In this document: positions 24,850 through 38,000 of the stretch, in pieces
Layout: every line of letters starts with the position of its first letter
How positions within the stretch are numbered: position 1 is the stretch's first letter
DNA from: the human T2T-CHM13v2.0 reference genome, Homo sapiens
DNA length: 64,000 nt
Assembly: GCF_009914755.1 (NCBI RefSeq)
Contig: NC_060926.1
Strand: one strand, 5' to 3'
Translations under genes and position numbers: made by a program
The notes under the pieces: model-generated
Databases searched by the model: none
What the model was told of the DNA's origin: nothing
The model's input: the letters and a program-made list of their open reading frames with translations, nothing else

Positions 24850-27660
24850 CACAGGGGCCACAGGAGTGGCCAACATTGCCCCTGCCCTGGCCCCCAGAGT
24901 TCAAGCTATGTTACCTTTCCTCTCCTTCACAAGCTGCTCCATGCCAGTTCCTATGCTGGTTCCCTCCTCCTGTCTGTAGCCTTGGAATGTGGGAGGTTCC
25001 AGGACTCCATCCTTGGGACCTCTCCTTACCTGTCCTCAACCCCTCGGTGACATTGCCCAGTGCTATGCTTAATCTGGTATGTACACGTCAACAATTCCCA
25101 TATCTCTAAGTTCCAGCCTCTTCTCCTTAAACTCCTGACTCATTTATCCAACCACTGCAGATGTTTCATGGTCATCTCAAACTTAATGTGTCCAAAAGTC
25201 ATGTTTCTAGTGTTCCCCTGAAACTGCTCTTCATAAATTGTTACCCATCTCAATAAAGAGCAACTCCATTCTTTAGTTGCTCAGGCCCCAGACCTAAGCG
25301 TTGTCTCTGACTTTTCTCTTTCTCTCTCATTCCATGTGTAATCTATCAGTAATCTTGTTGGCTCTACCTCCAAAATATGTCTAAAATCCGAGCACTTCTC
25401 CCCTTTCCATGGCCACTGCCCAGATCAATAGCAGCAGCCACCTAACTGCTCTCCCTCCTTCCATCCTGCCCACCCTGGTCAATTCAGAACAAGTCAGATG
25501 ATGTCACTCTTGGGCCCAAATCCTTCCTAAGGCTTCTCATGCCACACGGAGTAAAAGCCACCATTCTTACAATCACCTCAAAGACCCTCTGTAAGCTGTC
25601 CCTGTTCCCATTTCCTCTCTGAACTTGTGTCCTGCTATGCCTCCCTTGATCACTCTACTCCAGCCATGCCAGGCACACTCCTGCCTCGGGGCCTCTGCAC
25701 TTGTTGCTCCATGGGGCTCATCTCTCGCTGCCCAGCCCTGATCATCCCATGTAAAGTGCAGCCAGCCACCCCCTACCTCTCACTGCTTTATCTCAATGGC
25801 ACGTATCACCTATCTGACATATCCTATGTATATGTGCTTATTTGCTCAGTATCCATCTCTGCTGTAAGGGCAAGGATCTTTATTTGCCACCATTTTCACA
25901 AAGCCTAGACTGGCAAGCAGCACCCATTAGAAGTTCATGTTGAATCGAATGATTGAATGAGCCTTCAACTCATCTCCTATTTTCAGAACAAAATGTAAAA
26001 AAAAAAAAACACAAGAGTTTTCACTTCAAGCTCCCAAAGCTTGACATCAATATTTCCCTCTATCTTTATCTATCCTTTATTCTAATTTCATGAAGAGGTA
26101 TCTCACCTCCTGGTTGAGCCTAATTTACCTACATGGGCTCCTAGGCCTGTCCCCTCTTACCTCCTTAGAGACCTTATTCTATCAACTTCTTTCTTTCTCT
26201 TCTTTTTCTCATCCTTCCTCCCCCCATGTCCAACCTACTCCCCTCCTCTTCTACATACAAACATTCTCATGACTCTTATATTTACAAAAAAGTTCCCAAT
26301 CACTCACTATCCTCTTTAGCTACCACTCTCTCCTCTCTTATCACAAAACCACTGAAAAGAGTACTTGGCTTGCTGTCTTCACTCCTTCTCCACTCATCCT
26401 CAATCCCCCACAGTCTGGTTTCTGTCACCAACACGCACTAAAAATATGCCTTTGATGTTTTACACAGGGCTGCCTAATTTGCAAGCCCAGTGGATTTTTC
26501 TCAGTCCTCCTCATGATCTCTTCAGGCTGACACTGCTAATCTCCTGCCCTTCCTCCTTGAAACCCTTTACCATCTTGACTTCTATGATGACATGCTGTCC
26601 TGGTCTCCTGCCACCACCCGAACACTCACTCTCAGCCCCTTTACAGCCTCTACCTCCCTTCATGGCCATTCCATCCTAAGTTCTTTTCTCTCCAAGCCCT
26701 CTGACATTGAGATCTCACATACACCCAAAGCTTTAACCATCACCTTTGTGAGAATGATTCCAAAACCTGTAGCTCTTCCTTTTCTTTCACACTCAATTCC
26801 AAAGTTCAGCTGCCTTCCATATGTCTCTCCCTGGAGGCTCCACTCTCCCCTCAAACTCAACATGTCTAACACCAAGGCTTCATCTTCCACCCAACGTCCT
26901 CCTCCTGCCTTCCTGCTTGTTAACAGAACCATCATTCTATTTCTATTCATGGAGCTCAGAATCATTTTTGATGATCCTTCTCCCTCATCCGCTCCAGCCA
27001 ATCAACACATAAGTGCATTGGTTCTACCCCCACAGTATCCACTGCATCATCTCTTCATTTGCATTCCTATGGTCAGCACCCTAATCCAGCCCCGCACCAC
27101 TTAGGCTATCTAATAAGCTCCTATCATCTCCTGGCTCAAAGTCTCTCCCATTTATTGTCCTTCCTGCCCAGACCCACCAGACACATCATCCTGAACCTCA
27201 GCTCTGGTCATGGCATGTTCCCCCCATGAAACCACAGGAATGGCTTCCTACATTGCTGCCAGGTAAGATGCAAGCTCCTTAGTCCGGTATTTAAGATCAT
27301 CCAGAGACAGACCCCAGGCTACCTATCCCGACTGTCACTCACACAGACCATATGTTCTCAATCTACTTGCCATTCTCCAAACATTTTCTGTGCTCTCCTG
27401 TCTTCACTGTGAACCCTCTCTGCCCAGTGATCCCGTTTACTTTCAAAATCCTATTCCATCTTCCAAGGCTCAGTTTAAAACCACACTTAACACTGCCTTC
27501 CCCATCACTAGCTGACAGCAATCGCTTCACCTCTCTCCTGCAGAGCTTTCTCCTTATCTCTCTTATTACAAAAGACTATTTTAAAGTTCCAGTTCTTTTT
27601 TCCCCCTATTAAACTCTAGACTCCTTAAGGATAAGATCCATATCTGATTTCCAACATGTA
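24850..27660 (+). mobile_element. L2 LINE fragments (at least two adjacent old copies)
   Basis: catctcaaacttaatgtgtccaaa, gcaactccattcttt...gttgctcaggcc, ctcaaactcaacatgtctaa, and a gaatgattgaatga 3' end at ~25950. Confidence 0.75.
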
Positions 27661-27744
27661 TTGAAATCTCCACCTCTAGAGACATCTGAGATCAGTCCAG
27701 CCACAGAATCAGGGACATAAGATAACTCAGTTGGACTCTCCAAC

Positions 27745-27935
27745 TCTGACTCTTATTTCTTTTTCTTGTCTTATTGCACTGGCTAGGACATCCAATACAA
27801 TGTTAGATGCAAGTGGTGATAACAGACATCCTTATTTTGTCCCTGGCTCTAATAGGAACGCTTCCAATGCTCCACAGGAAAGTGTGATGTATGCTATAAA
27901 TTTCTGGTCCCTACCCTTTATCAAATTAGAAAACT
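27745..27935 (-). mobile_element. Old L1 (L1M) ORF2 fragment
   Basis: ttatttctttttcttgtcttattgcactggctaggacatccaatacaatgtt...gtggtgataacagacatcctt is typical antisense L1 text. Confidence 0.75.
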
Positions 27936-30326
27936 GCCCCTACCTTCTCCTCTACAACTTAAGCTGGAATAAGGCACAAGGGTGATTGGATCAAAGTGGA
28001 ATAAACCAGGGACTTGAGACTGAGGTATGGAGGACAGCCAATGGGGAAAAGGCAGACCTGGGGGAGGAAAGCCAGGAGAAACCAGATCAAGTTCATGGCC
28101 ATGAAGAGGTTCTCCCACAGATCTGAGCTTCCTAGGTTACTCATGTCAAAGTGTATGTTCCAGCTTCTTACGGCAGAGATGTAGACAGAGCAGAAAGAAG
28201 TAGTGCTGAAATCTATCTTCCCTGCCTCCCAGACTTTTCCACACATTGATCTTGTCTGTCTGCCTTTATCTACACAGGCACTGCAGATACCCTGAAAGGC
28301 TACTAAGGAAGTTACTCATGCAGGACCTGCTGACATAAATTCTGTCATAATGACAGGGCTTGAACCAAAGAGGCAACTTCATAGACCTGGGAGCCAAATA
28401 TAAGTGTCCCCTCTATACATTTCATCCCTTCTCTTGAGTCACTCCCAGTTGATGGAGGAAATGGCAACAGGGTTAGGGAATGGGAACATTGTGCCAACAG
28501 TATCCTTCCCTATCTATGACTTCATGGCAGCCAAAGCCTGAGAGGCTACAGAATATGGAAGTTGACAGTCAAGCCTTCGAAAGCTGGTAGGAGAGAAAGG
28601 GCTAAAAGGCAGTCCACTACAAGATGGGCATCCTCCCAGGGCCATTAGGGTTATGGCCTCCTCTTGAGCAAGCTCCAGGAGAGCTGCATGGAAGGGTTCT
28701 TGTAGGGGAGGAAATGTATTCTGCTCCCCCAGAGAGAAGGCTCCTGGATCCTGCCCCTCATTAGACTAGCGTGTCACTAATCTTTAGGCCACCACTCCAA
28801 CCTTGCAAAATATTGGGAGAGGAATTAAATTCCCAGGGAATTCAGAAAGCCCCATCCCTCTCACCTCAAAAAAACCAAGAAGAAAAGGATCTCTGCTGAC
28901 AAAGCCAGGGGGGTATCTTTATCTCAGGGGCCCAGATGTGGGAGAAGGCAGAAGTCAAAGCCCATATGGACCACCCATGGAGCGTTTCATCCGAGGTTAA
29001 GAACTGCCCATCCTTTGTTCCGATGCTCAGGTAAAAGGAATTGTTACTGCTAGGCCAGCTCTCTATGGGAGGTGAGGCTGATTGCCAATTTCCATGGTGT
29101 AAATACTCCTGCAATGGCCAATTTCAAGCTATTATACCAATAGTGGAGCTGGGGACTCTGCTCTGCTCTGAAGTATAGGAGCAGGGAGCCTGTGTCCCCA
29201 CACCAGGTCCTGAGCCAGCTGGCCTGCCCCAAGCTGCTTCCCTAAACCCACGGTCCATCTCCAGGGAGGGTGTTTCCTTCCCTCCCTGCAGCTGGCATGG
29301 TGACTCAGCTTCCCCTAAATTTAGGAAAAGGGGTGGAGGACAGAGACAGCTGCCCAGGCTCCTCTCCTCCTCGCTGAGCTCCCACCACCCTGTCAGCTGA
29401 GGGGCTGGCACAAGGTCCACCCAAATCCACAGTCTCTGGTCCACCCCTGTCTGGGCTCCACCTCCAGAATAAAGTCACCCAACAGGTTTTCCTGCCAAGT
29501 TCAGCCACCCTTGTGGAATGGGCATAGGCTTAGACCAGTGGGAAGGGAACCTCGCAGCTGTCTCTCCCAACATGGCCCCAGACATGCTGTCATTTCTTGC
29601 CTTTGTCTCCCCAAAAGCTCTTCTGAGTGTCCCACTTTCCTCTCTCCCAAAAGAGAAGCCCACTCTCTGATAGGAAAAGGAGCTTTGTCTCTCAGCACCT
29701 ACTTCCCATACAGGGCTGGTCCTCAGCAAAGACTAACAGGAAAACTGACTTAGAAGGGGAACCTTGGCCTCCCCGCCCCAGCAGATAGAGCCTAAGGGCT
29801 TGAGGATACCCTCTCGGACTCTTTCATGGCCTCTAGGAGCGGGACCTAAGAGGGAATTTGAGTCTACAAAGGCCTCCCTCCAGCCTTCTCCACGTCTCCC
29901 CCAAGGAACTAAAGTCTGAGGACAGACAGCACGACAGGCAATTGCAGAGTCTCCTCTGTGTCTAGAAAGTCTGTACTCCAACCCCAAAGTCACCACCTCC
30001 TGGAAGCTTTCCCTGACTGCCCTAGGTGGTAAGCTTTGCTTTCCCAGGCTCTGGGATCTTGGTCCCACCTCTGTCACCGTACACATTACTCTCTAATGAA
30101 ATCATCTGTCTGTGTATCTGTCCGCTCACTAGACTGTAAATTTCTTGAGGGCAGGAATTGCTTGACATTGAACTTTGAAACTTGGTGTCTGGCTTGGTGC
30201 CTATCAGACAATGAATGCAGGAAGGGATAACTGGCTAGCATATAGGCTCCTGAGAGCCTCCTCCCACCAGTGAAAGCAACATCTGCTTAGGGGTCATGGC
30301 TGGACCTGCACCTCCCCCCAGCAAGA

Positions 30327-30336
30327 CCAAATAAGG
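30327..30336. promoter_or_regulatory. CArG box (SRF consensus) CCAAATAAGG
   Basis: Exact CC(A/T)6GG match ~37 bp from the giant-exon donor; a second match CCTTAAAAGG lies at 37452-37461. Motif match only. Confidence 0.35.
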
Positions 30337-30372
30337 AAGGGGTAGAAGGAGTCAGGACTGAATACCTCTTAC

Positions 30373-31024
30373 CTGCTACCCTGTGGGCCACCAGCCCTTC
30401 TAAATTCAATGGCTCCTCCTCTGGAGTCCGGGAGGGGTCTGAAGTCGCTTCCTTTGGTGAGAGCAGAGGCTGAGCAGTGAGGCCAGGGAGAGAGGCTGGG
30501 GGTTGCTGAGGCCCTGGAGGGCTGTGGGTGGTCGGAAGGAAGGCAGGCAAGGAGGAAGAGGCTGGGCTCTTTGAATGGAAATCCTGGTTAGGCCCAGCCA
30601 AACATGGCTGATAGTCATAAGGTGAGTAAGACCTGCCAGGAGGGACAGACTCCAGAGAGGCCCGTGGGGCTGGCTCAGGGGTTCCCAACGAATGCCCACT
30701 GGGGATATAGCCAGATCTGGACTGGGTCAGTGGATGGGACTGACGGGAGGATCCAGAGAGGGGCTGGGAGGAGAGTGGAGAAGCCCCTGGCCAGGCCCCG
30801 GGGACACTCTGGGACTTGTGTAGTGGGGCAGCAGCGGAGGCTGGCTCCAGGTCCAGCATCAGCATATTGAGTGTTTCGATGGACTGTTCAATCTCCTGCT
30901 GGGAGGCTGCTCGCGGGAACTCAGGGAGACTGGGGATGGGGGTCTCTGCCAATGGCTGAGGGCTGGGCCTGCTGGCTACAAGACTCTCCAAGTGGGCTCT
31001 TTCCTGCTGGCGTGGAGGTGGGCG

Positions 31025-31057
<33 letters not shown>

Positions 31058-31950
31058 TGAATTCAGTCCCCTTTGCACAGCCTCCCGGCTGCTTCCCCCT
31101 CGGACCGGAGCTGGGGGCAGCTGGGGTTCAGCTTCCGAAAAGGATTGAGAGCGGAACATACCGCTGGGGTCATGGGCATAGTGGGAGGTGGTCACTGGCT
31201 GTGGCCAGGCTGGGTGGGGCCCCTCCCTCTGGTAGCCAGCTAAACCCTCCTGTGCAGAGTAGGAGGGCCGCATGGGGGCCGTGTGGCCAGCATGGGCAGG
31301 CCCCGCCCGGCTGGCAGACTCGTAGGGGTAGCCTCCTCCATTGACCATAGGCTCCATGGGGTAGGACTTGTCCAGACCGTTGGTCAGTGGGGACAGGGCC
31401 TCTGGGTAGCCCCCCTCACTGGTGTTGGTGACCCCGTCCAGAGAAGAGAGTGTGCCCATGCTGCCCGCACTGTGACCATCCTGGTTTGGCAATTCATCGT
31501 CCAGGATGTCTGTCTCCCGCTCAGATGCTAACGCCCCACCATTGACATGAACCTGGGCTGGGACAACGTGGCGTCCAGAGGAGGGCACAGCCGAGCCCCC
31601 TGCTGGGCGGGACCTGAGGTGCTGGGTGTGGTACATGGCGCCTTGCTTCTCTCGCTCTAAGCCAAAGCCACTCAGCAGGCGGTCCAGCTCCCGCTTCTCC
31701 TGGGGACTCAAGGCAGCAGTGGCACTGGAGGCCCCGGGGACAGGCTCGTCGGTCTTGTCGGTCTTGGTGGAGGCTGTGGAGTTGCCCGAGTCGCTGCTCA
31801 CAGAAAGCGTGTGTTCCACGTGGTTGGGGGTGGCCGACAGTGTAGGACGTGTGGCATTAACAGCCCCGGTGCTGCCGTGCAGGGAGTCTTTCTTCTTCAC
31901 CTTAGCATACAGGCTCCCATCTAGTGGCCCCTGCGTGTGTCCCACCACCT
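30373..31950 (-). CDS. TNS1: Tensin 1 giant coding exon (1578 nt), [21 protein letters not shown]...[11 protein letters not shown]
   Basis: Acceptor tcccttgcag|AG GTG GTG; donor GCA G|gtaaga; phase 1-1; lies within the 566-aa ORF; contains Q9 and [16 protein letters not shown]. Confidence 0.97.
31028..31054 (-). repeat. TNS1: Uninterrupted (CAG)9 coding repeat (polyQ)
   Basis: Nine ctg triplets on the plus strand, translated as QQQQQQQQQ. Confidence 0.95.
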
Positions 31951-33445
31951 CTGCAAGGGACAGAGCCGGAGGGGAGACAACAGACAACAGACATTAGCGG
32001 GAGGCAGGGGTATCATCCACTCTGCCAGAGAAAGAAGCTAAGAGCTCCCATGCCCTGCATCCTAAAACCTCCTCTCACCACCCTGAGGTGGGGAAAAGGG
32101 GAGCTGACAGAAAGACCTCTACCCCAGGCTTTGGGGCAGAGCCTCACCAACACTCAGCTTCAGGGCCGGGCAGTGGAGCCCAACACTGAGCAGGAAGTGC
32201 TGGGGGCAAATCGCTCCAGTCCCAAGCCTAGCTCTGGCATTTCACCAGCTTCCTGACCAGAGGCATGAATAACTCTCTGAGCCAGCCTCCTGGTCCATAA
32301 AATGGGGATAATAATAGAATCTGGTTGAACCATCTGAAATTGCCAATATTCATTAAATACACTGTGCTTTGAGTTTAAATGAGTTGACACATGACATGCT
32401 GAGACCAGTTCCTGGCACGTGATGGGAGTTCAACAGCTGGGAGCCCTAACCATCACCATTATGAGTATCTTTAATTCCTGAATGACCATTTCCAAAGCAT
32501 CCTCAGTCCCCTCCGCCACCCCATCTCAAAAAGTCTCACCCCTGCTTCGATGTCTGGAGTTCCCACTCTGGATTAGAGGCAGAATGCCAGGAGAGTAGCC
32601 ATTGCCTTGAATGCCCATAGAGGTATCAGCATGGACGGCCAGTCGCCCCGAGGATAGCCTTTGCCCACGGAAGCAGGGGGAGAACCCAGGAGGGCAGTAG
32701 GGTGCAGCAAAGGGCCCCACCATGCCCAAGGTGGTGGTGGCAGGGAGGCTGAAGGCAGAGCTGGGACTCTCTAAGACAAGCTTGCCCTCAGCTAGATTTG
32801 TCTCCAGCTCAATGCAAAGGATGTGATAGAACCATTCAGAGATACAATGTCATTCATGCTGCCCACTGCCACATTTCCAGAGGCTCCTCCCAGCTCCTCC
32901 CCAGCACTGCCCACTCCTGATGGACCCCTACCCCTCCACCAGCAAGCTCAGCCCATACCACTCAAGACTCCAGGAAAGGGACGCGGGTCCAGGGAAGGTA
33001 TGCCGGGCAGGATCACAGCAGGTCTGCAAAGACGAGCATCCTGATCCCACTGCTCTGAGCCAGCCCGGGGGCCCCTGAAGAACAGGCCAAGGTGGGGCTC
33101 AGCCAAGCCAACAGTCCCTGTGCCAGAGGGGACACGCTTTTCCTATGCTGGAGGATGGGGGGCATATAGGGTGCTGATGCAGGGGGTTCAGGGACTAGGG
33201 CAGGAGGGGAGGCGTCTTAGGGATCGTGAACACAAAAACAAGATGTCTTCATGGGGGAGAGGGTCCTCTTGTCTGCAGACAGCTCTGAGGACCCCCCTGA
33301 GCAACACTTTCTCTGGAAGGAAAAAGTGAGCGCTGGGTGGCTCGGGGCCAAAGGGCTGACTCAGGAATGAAGAACTTCCCCGCCCAGAGGAACTCAGTGA
33401 TTTCACACCCTGTACAGTCAGCAGCCCAGCCGCCAGCCCCGACAG

Positions 33446-33485
33446 ACACACACACACACACACACACACGCACGCACGCACGCAC
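33446..33485. repeat. (AC)n(GCAC)n microsatellite
   Basis: Direct inspection; further AC tracts at ~33973-33997 and 34290-34323. Confidence 0.9.
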
Positions 33486-34123
33486 CTCCCCTTACTCTAA
33501 TCCAGGCTCTCCGTTAGCAAGGAAAAAAGCCAGCTCCCAAAGACTGCACCAGCTCCAGCCAGACACCAGCAGTCACACACCGAGCCAGACAAAAAGACAG
33601 TAAGAGATCACCCAAATCAGAAACACCCAGGCATGAGCACACACTAGGTGCCACACAATGCCAAGAACCACAGTCAGACAGCACCGGCATGAACATGTAC
33701 ACACAAATACCAACAACAGTGACCACCGTGCAGTGAGCACAGCGCAAACGCCAACACTTCGCCAGGCACTCTACACGCACATCCTCTCTAGCCATCGCCT
33801 CCGAGCCAGACAGTATTACACCCATCACAGTAAGGGAGAAACTGAGCCTCTGAGAGGGGAAACCATTTATGTGCCAACAATGCTACCTGATAAAGCCAAG
33901 ATTTAAAATCAGAGCTAATTTCCTTCAAACAGTATGTAATTTTTATTATGCTACACCTCCCTCATATCACAAACACACACACACACACATACACACAAAT
34001 TAGAATAAACACATAACAGGCAGGAATACCCCCAAATAAATACTTAAAGCCACAAATATTTCAGAAAATACAAATGTTCCTACCATGCCCAAGGATCAGC
34101 CCTTAGGCCAGAAGTGGCAGCCT

Positions 34124-34133
34124 CTAAAAATAA
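34124..34133 (+). promoter_or_regulatory. MEF2 consensus site CTAAAAATAA
   Basis: Matches YTAWWWWTAR; the same site recurs at 43235-43244. Motif match only. Confidence 0.3.
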
Positions 34134-34289
34134 ACACTCTGACAGAAGCCCATGGCCAAAAACAAGTGATCAGACAACCACAAAACAGGAACATCCCAAT
34201 CAACATACACACACACAGACCACAGGCCAGCCATGTTACAACACAGAGAACTGGCACAAAGATGCTCCACCAGGCACTTGCATCCCTCT

Positions 34290-34322
<33 letters not shown>

Positions 34323-34655
34323 CCCCAGGGACTGGATGCCCTCCTCATTTACTGACCTCTCCAGATCCACCCCTCTGCCCCCAGTTTTCCCCAAGGCTTT
34401 GGGACCTCAGCCAACACCAGCCCCAGACAACACAGGACCAAAGTATTGCAGCAGCCCAGGGCCCAGGGCCCAGGGCTGGTCTGAACTGAAAAGGGGTTTT
34501 GGCTAAAATACATTCTGAATCTCCACCAACCTGGCCCTGTGCCTAGACCCCTAAAGGCTGCTAAGATGCAGGACCAGGCACAGCTGCCTCTTCCAACCCC
34601 CTATTATCATCGTAAAGGGGTCCTCTCCCTGTAGGATGAGGGAGGCTGACCTTCA

Positions 34656-35025
<370 letters not shown>

Positions 35026-38000
35026 CTAGGGGGCAAAGCACTGAAGACAGGAGCCTCTGATGCACTCATAGCTCTGGGGTGGTTCTCTTGAGGATGGGGC
35101 CCCTTGGACAAGTTGGCCGAAATCTGAAGAGCTGGCTTTCCTTCTCACTGTCCCTAGAAAGCTGCAGGCCCCCTCCTGAGCCAGGGCACCCCCTCTGCCA
35201 CCTACACTGTGAGGTGCCAGAATTTCCCTCCTGGGCCAGTGATCCCCTCCATCCTTTGTGCCTCCTCATCCCCCACGTTCATGCTCATGTGGTCTGAGAA
35301 GTGGGGAGCTGCAAAGCAAAGGCTGGTGTGTCCAGTGGCTTCCCCACTTAGACATGTTCCACAGTGAGAGCCATGGGGGCAAATTCAAATCAGAAAGCAC
35401 ATAGGCCCCTGCAGCATCTCAGTCATGACTAACAGAAAAACTATGAAGGCATCCCCCAGGCAGGAGAGAGAATTGACTACCTGATATCTCAGCCCTTCCT
35501 TGCCCCTGTGGCCAAGCCCCACTCAGCATCGATTTTGAAAATGTCAATGTTAAACTTGTTCTGTCATGTAATCTATCCCCAAGTGGGCTCCTGTTTGCAG
35601 CAACAACATCAGGAACAATCATAGCCAAGCCACTAAGGCATAGTAAGAAAATCGAACAGATGCAAATTGTTTAATTAACTCCTGTTCGCTAACTACAAAT
35701 GGAAATGTCTCTTGGCCCCAGATTGCACCCTCCAGGCCACTCAGCACCTTTGCTGAGTTGTCCTCTTCCTATCCAAGGGAGGTTTTGAGAATACCCAGGC
35801 TGATCCCAGGCCTGTCCAGCCCTGATGAGGACTCTGCTGAAACCCCAGCATAGCAGCAGGATCTGTGGAGCACGTGCCCCTCCTCCTCCCACCAGAGACA
35901 AGACAAAAGTCCCCCAGCCCCCACTCCGGCACACACACTCTCATCATTCCCTTCTCACCATCCACCACGGCCACATTAGAGCTTTTTACCGGGACCACAA
36001 GAAGCCGGAACACAATGTTGGTTTCAATCCATCAAGGCAGGAAGGGCAAAAGAGAGACGGGGGCAGAGAGGACAGGAGTGAAATAAGGTAGAGGAGGATA
36101 AGAGAGGGACTTAAGGGAGGCTGGGGAGGTGGCTTTACAGCTCTTAATCTGAGGGGTCTCCAGAGCCATCCTCTTGAAGTCCCAGCAGCCACAAAGGGAG
36201 TGATCAGTTCAGGGGAATGCATCTCAGATGAGAGGAGGCTGGACATCCAGAACAATGGGGCATGGGCTAGAGGGAGGGGTCTGCATGTTTGGGGGCTGTG
36301 GGCATTGTCACGGGTGACAATGGAGTGGGATAAACTGAAGCAGAAACACAAGCTGCAGGCAGCCCCAAGTGGAGAGCTCCAGGCCCCAAGCCCAGCCAGC
36401 CTGGACATCTGCTCTTGTGGGCTGAAAGGTCCAGTGTCCTGCCCATTCCTCTTGGTGGTTGCAAAACCCAAAATCTCTCCATGGCCCCACTGTCTTTGTC
36501 TGAGGATGTCTCCCTGCTCTTCTCAGCAGCTGCAGAGAGTTCCAGACTCCACCCTCGATGCTGAGCTTGATTGCACCACGGGGCCTTTATTCCAGGGCAG
36601 CCATAATCCAGATGCACGAGTCATGCTTTTGGAAAGCTCTGAGGAAAATCCCCAGCTGACTAGGGTGTGCACCCACTCCCCGGGGCTCCCTCCCAGAAAA
36701 GGGTGCAGAGGTGTGTGCGGCACTAGCCATGCAGCTCAGGCTGGGATGCAGGAAAGTAAGGATGCAGCCATCTCACACACTTAAAAAAGAACGAAGGAAA
36801 CAAATAGGGGATGTTAAAGTCACACGGTTTCAGGGCAGCTGTTTTCTAATTCTGATGTTCACAAGAACCTCCTCTGGAGATTGTTAAAAATCTAGATTTC
36901 AGGACCCTATCCCCAGGGACTTCCACTCAGAGGCCTGGGGTGGGGCCAGGAATCTGCATTTTTGCCAGCTCTCCAGGGGTCCTGGCACACACATGGCTGG
37001 AGGACATCTAGAGAAACCCGCCCCAGCTGATCAGCACTTTGGGCTCTGAGATCAAGAAACCCCACTTCTCTTCCTCATGAAAAGTAGGGAGGTTTTGCTT
37101 ATTTAGATGTTAGGACAGACGGCCCAACCATGAAGAATAAAAGGTGCCAGCCATATTGACTGCAAGAAAGGAGTCACCTTCATTGGCAATGACTCAGTGA
37201 AGACAGACCCTTCCCTGTCGGACCAGCAGGTAGGTTTTGAATAGCGAATGAGTTACTAAGGTTTTCAGGATGAGTCCCTTCATGATAAAAAGTCCTTTGG
37301 GTCCAAGTCCAGCAAATAACAATTCATTAAAATGCATTACCCAGAGCCGTGATGACCACCCAACGTGGGGGAAAATCAGTGCCATGACAATAGGAAGAAG
37401 CACCGTGCCTACCCCAGACATAGGCTGTTTGGAGGCAGACTGGGCAAAACTCCTTAAAAGGAGGAGTGGGGAATCCAAGGCCACGTGCATCTGAGAGGTA
37501 GGTGAGCTTTGATGAGAAGTGAAGCTTGGCCAAGAGCCTGCCCAGAGAGCAAGTTCTGGTTGCATTTTCCCTTATCCACACACTCTGCCCCAGCCATGGG
37601 AAGAGGCAGGAGAGGCTATGGCTGGGGCAGGCACCAGGACAGGAGGGAGGGCTGGGTCCAGGAAGGCCACAAGGGATGGCTCTGGAGAGGAGACAGGGAA
37701 GTGCGCCTTCCCACCCCACCTCGGCAGCCAGACACACCAGCACTCAGAAACATAGCTGCCATCTTAATGGCCATATCAGCTTGCATTGACCACTTACCCA
37801 CTCAGAGCCCGGCCTGCAGGCCTGTCAGGTGAGGATTCGAGAGTGTGTGTGCAGCTTTGCTGAGTGATAGCACTCAGGAGCTAAGGCTCTTAAGCTAGAC
37901 CTGGCATATCCAAGCACTCTCTACTTTTCCTCTCTCCATCCCCTGCTTTACATTTCAACAGCTCTCATCACCCACAGGGTAAAGCCCAACCCCCACGCTG

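Noticed and set aside
30604-31997. Antisense ORFs over the giant exon, including a poly-Ala frame
   Set aside because: Explained by codon structure and the CAG/CTG repeat.
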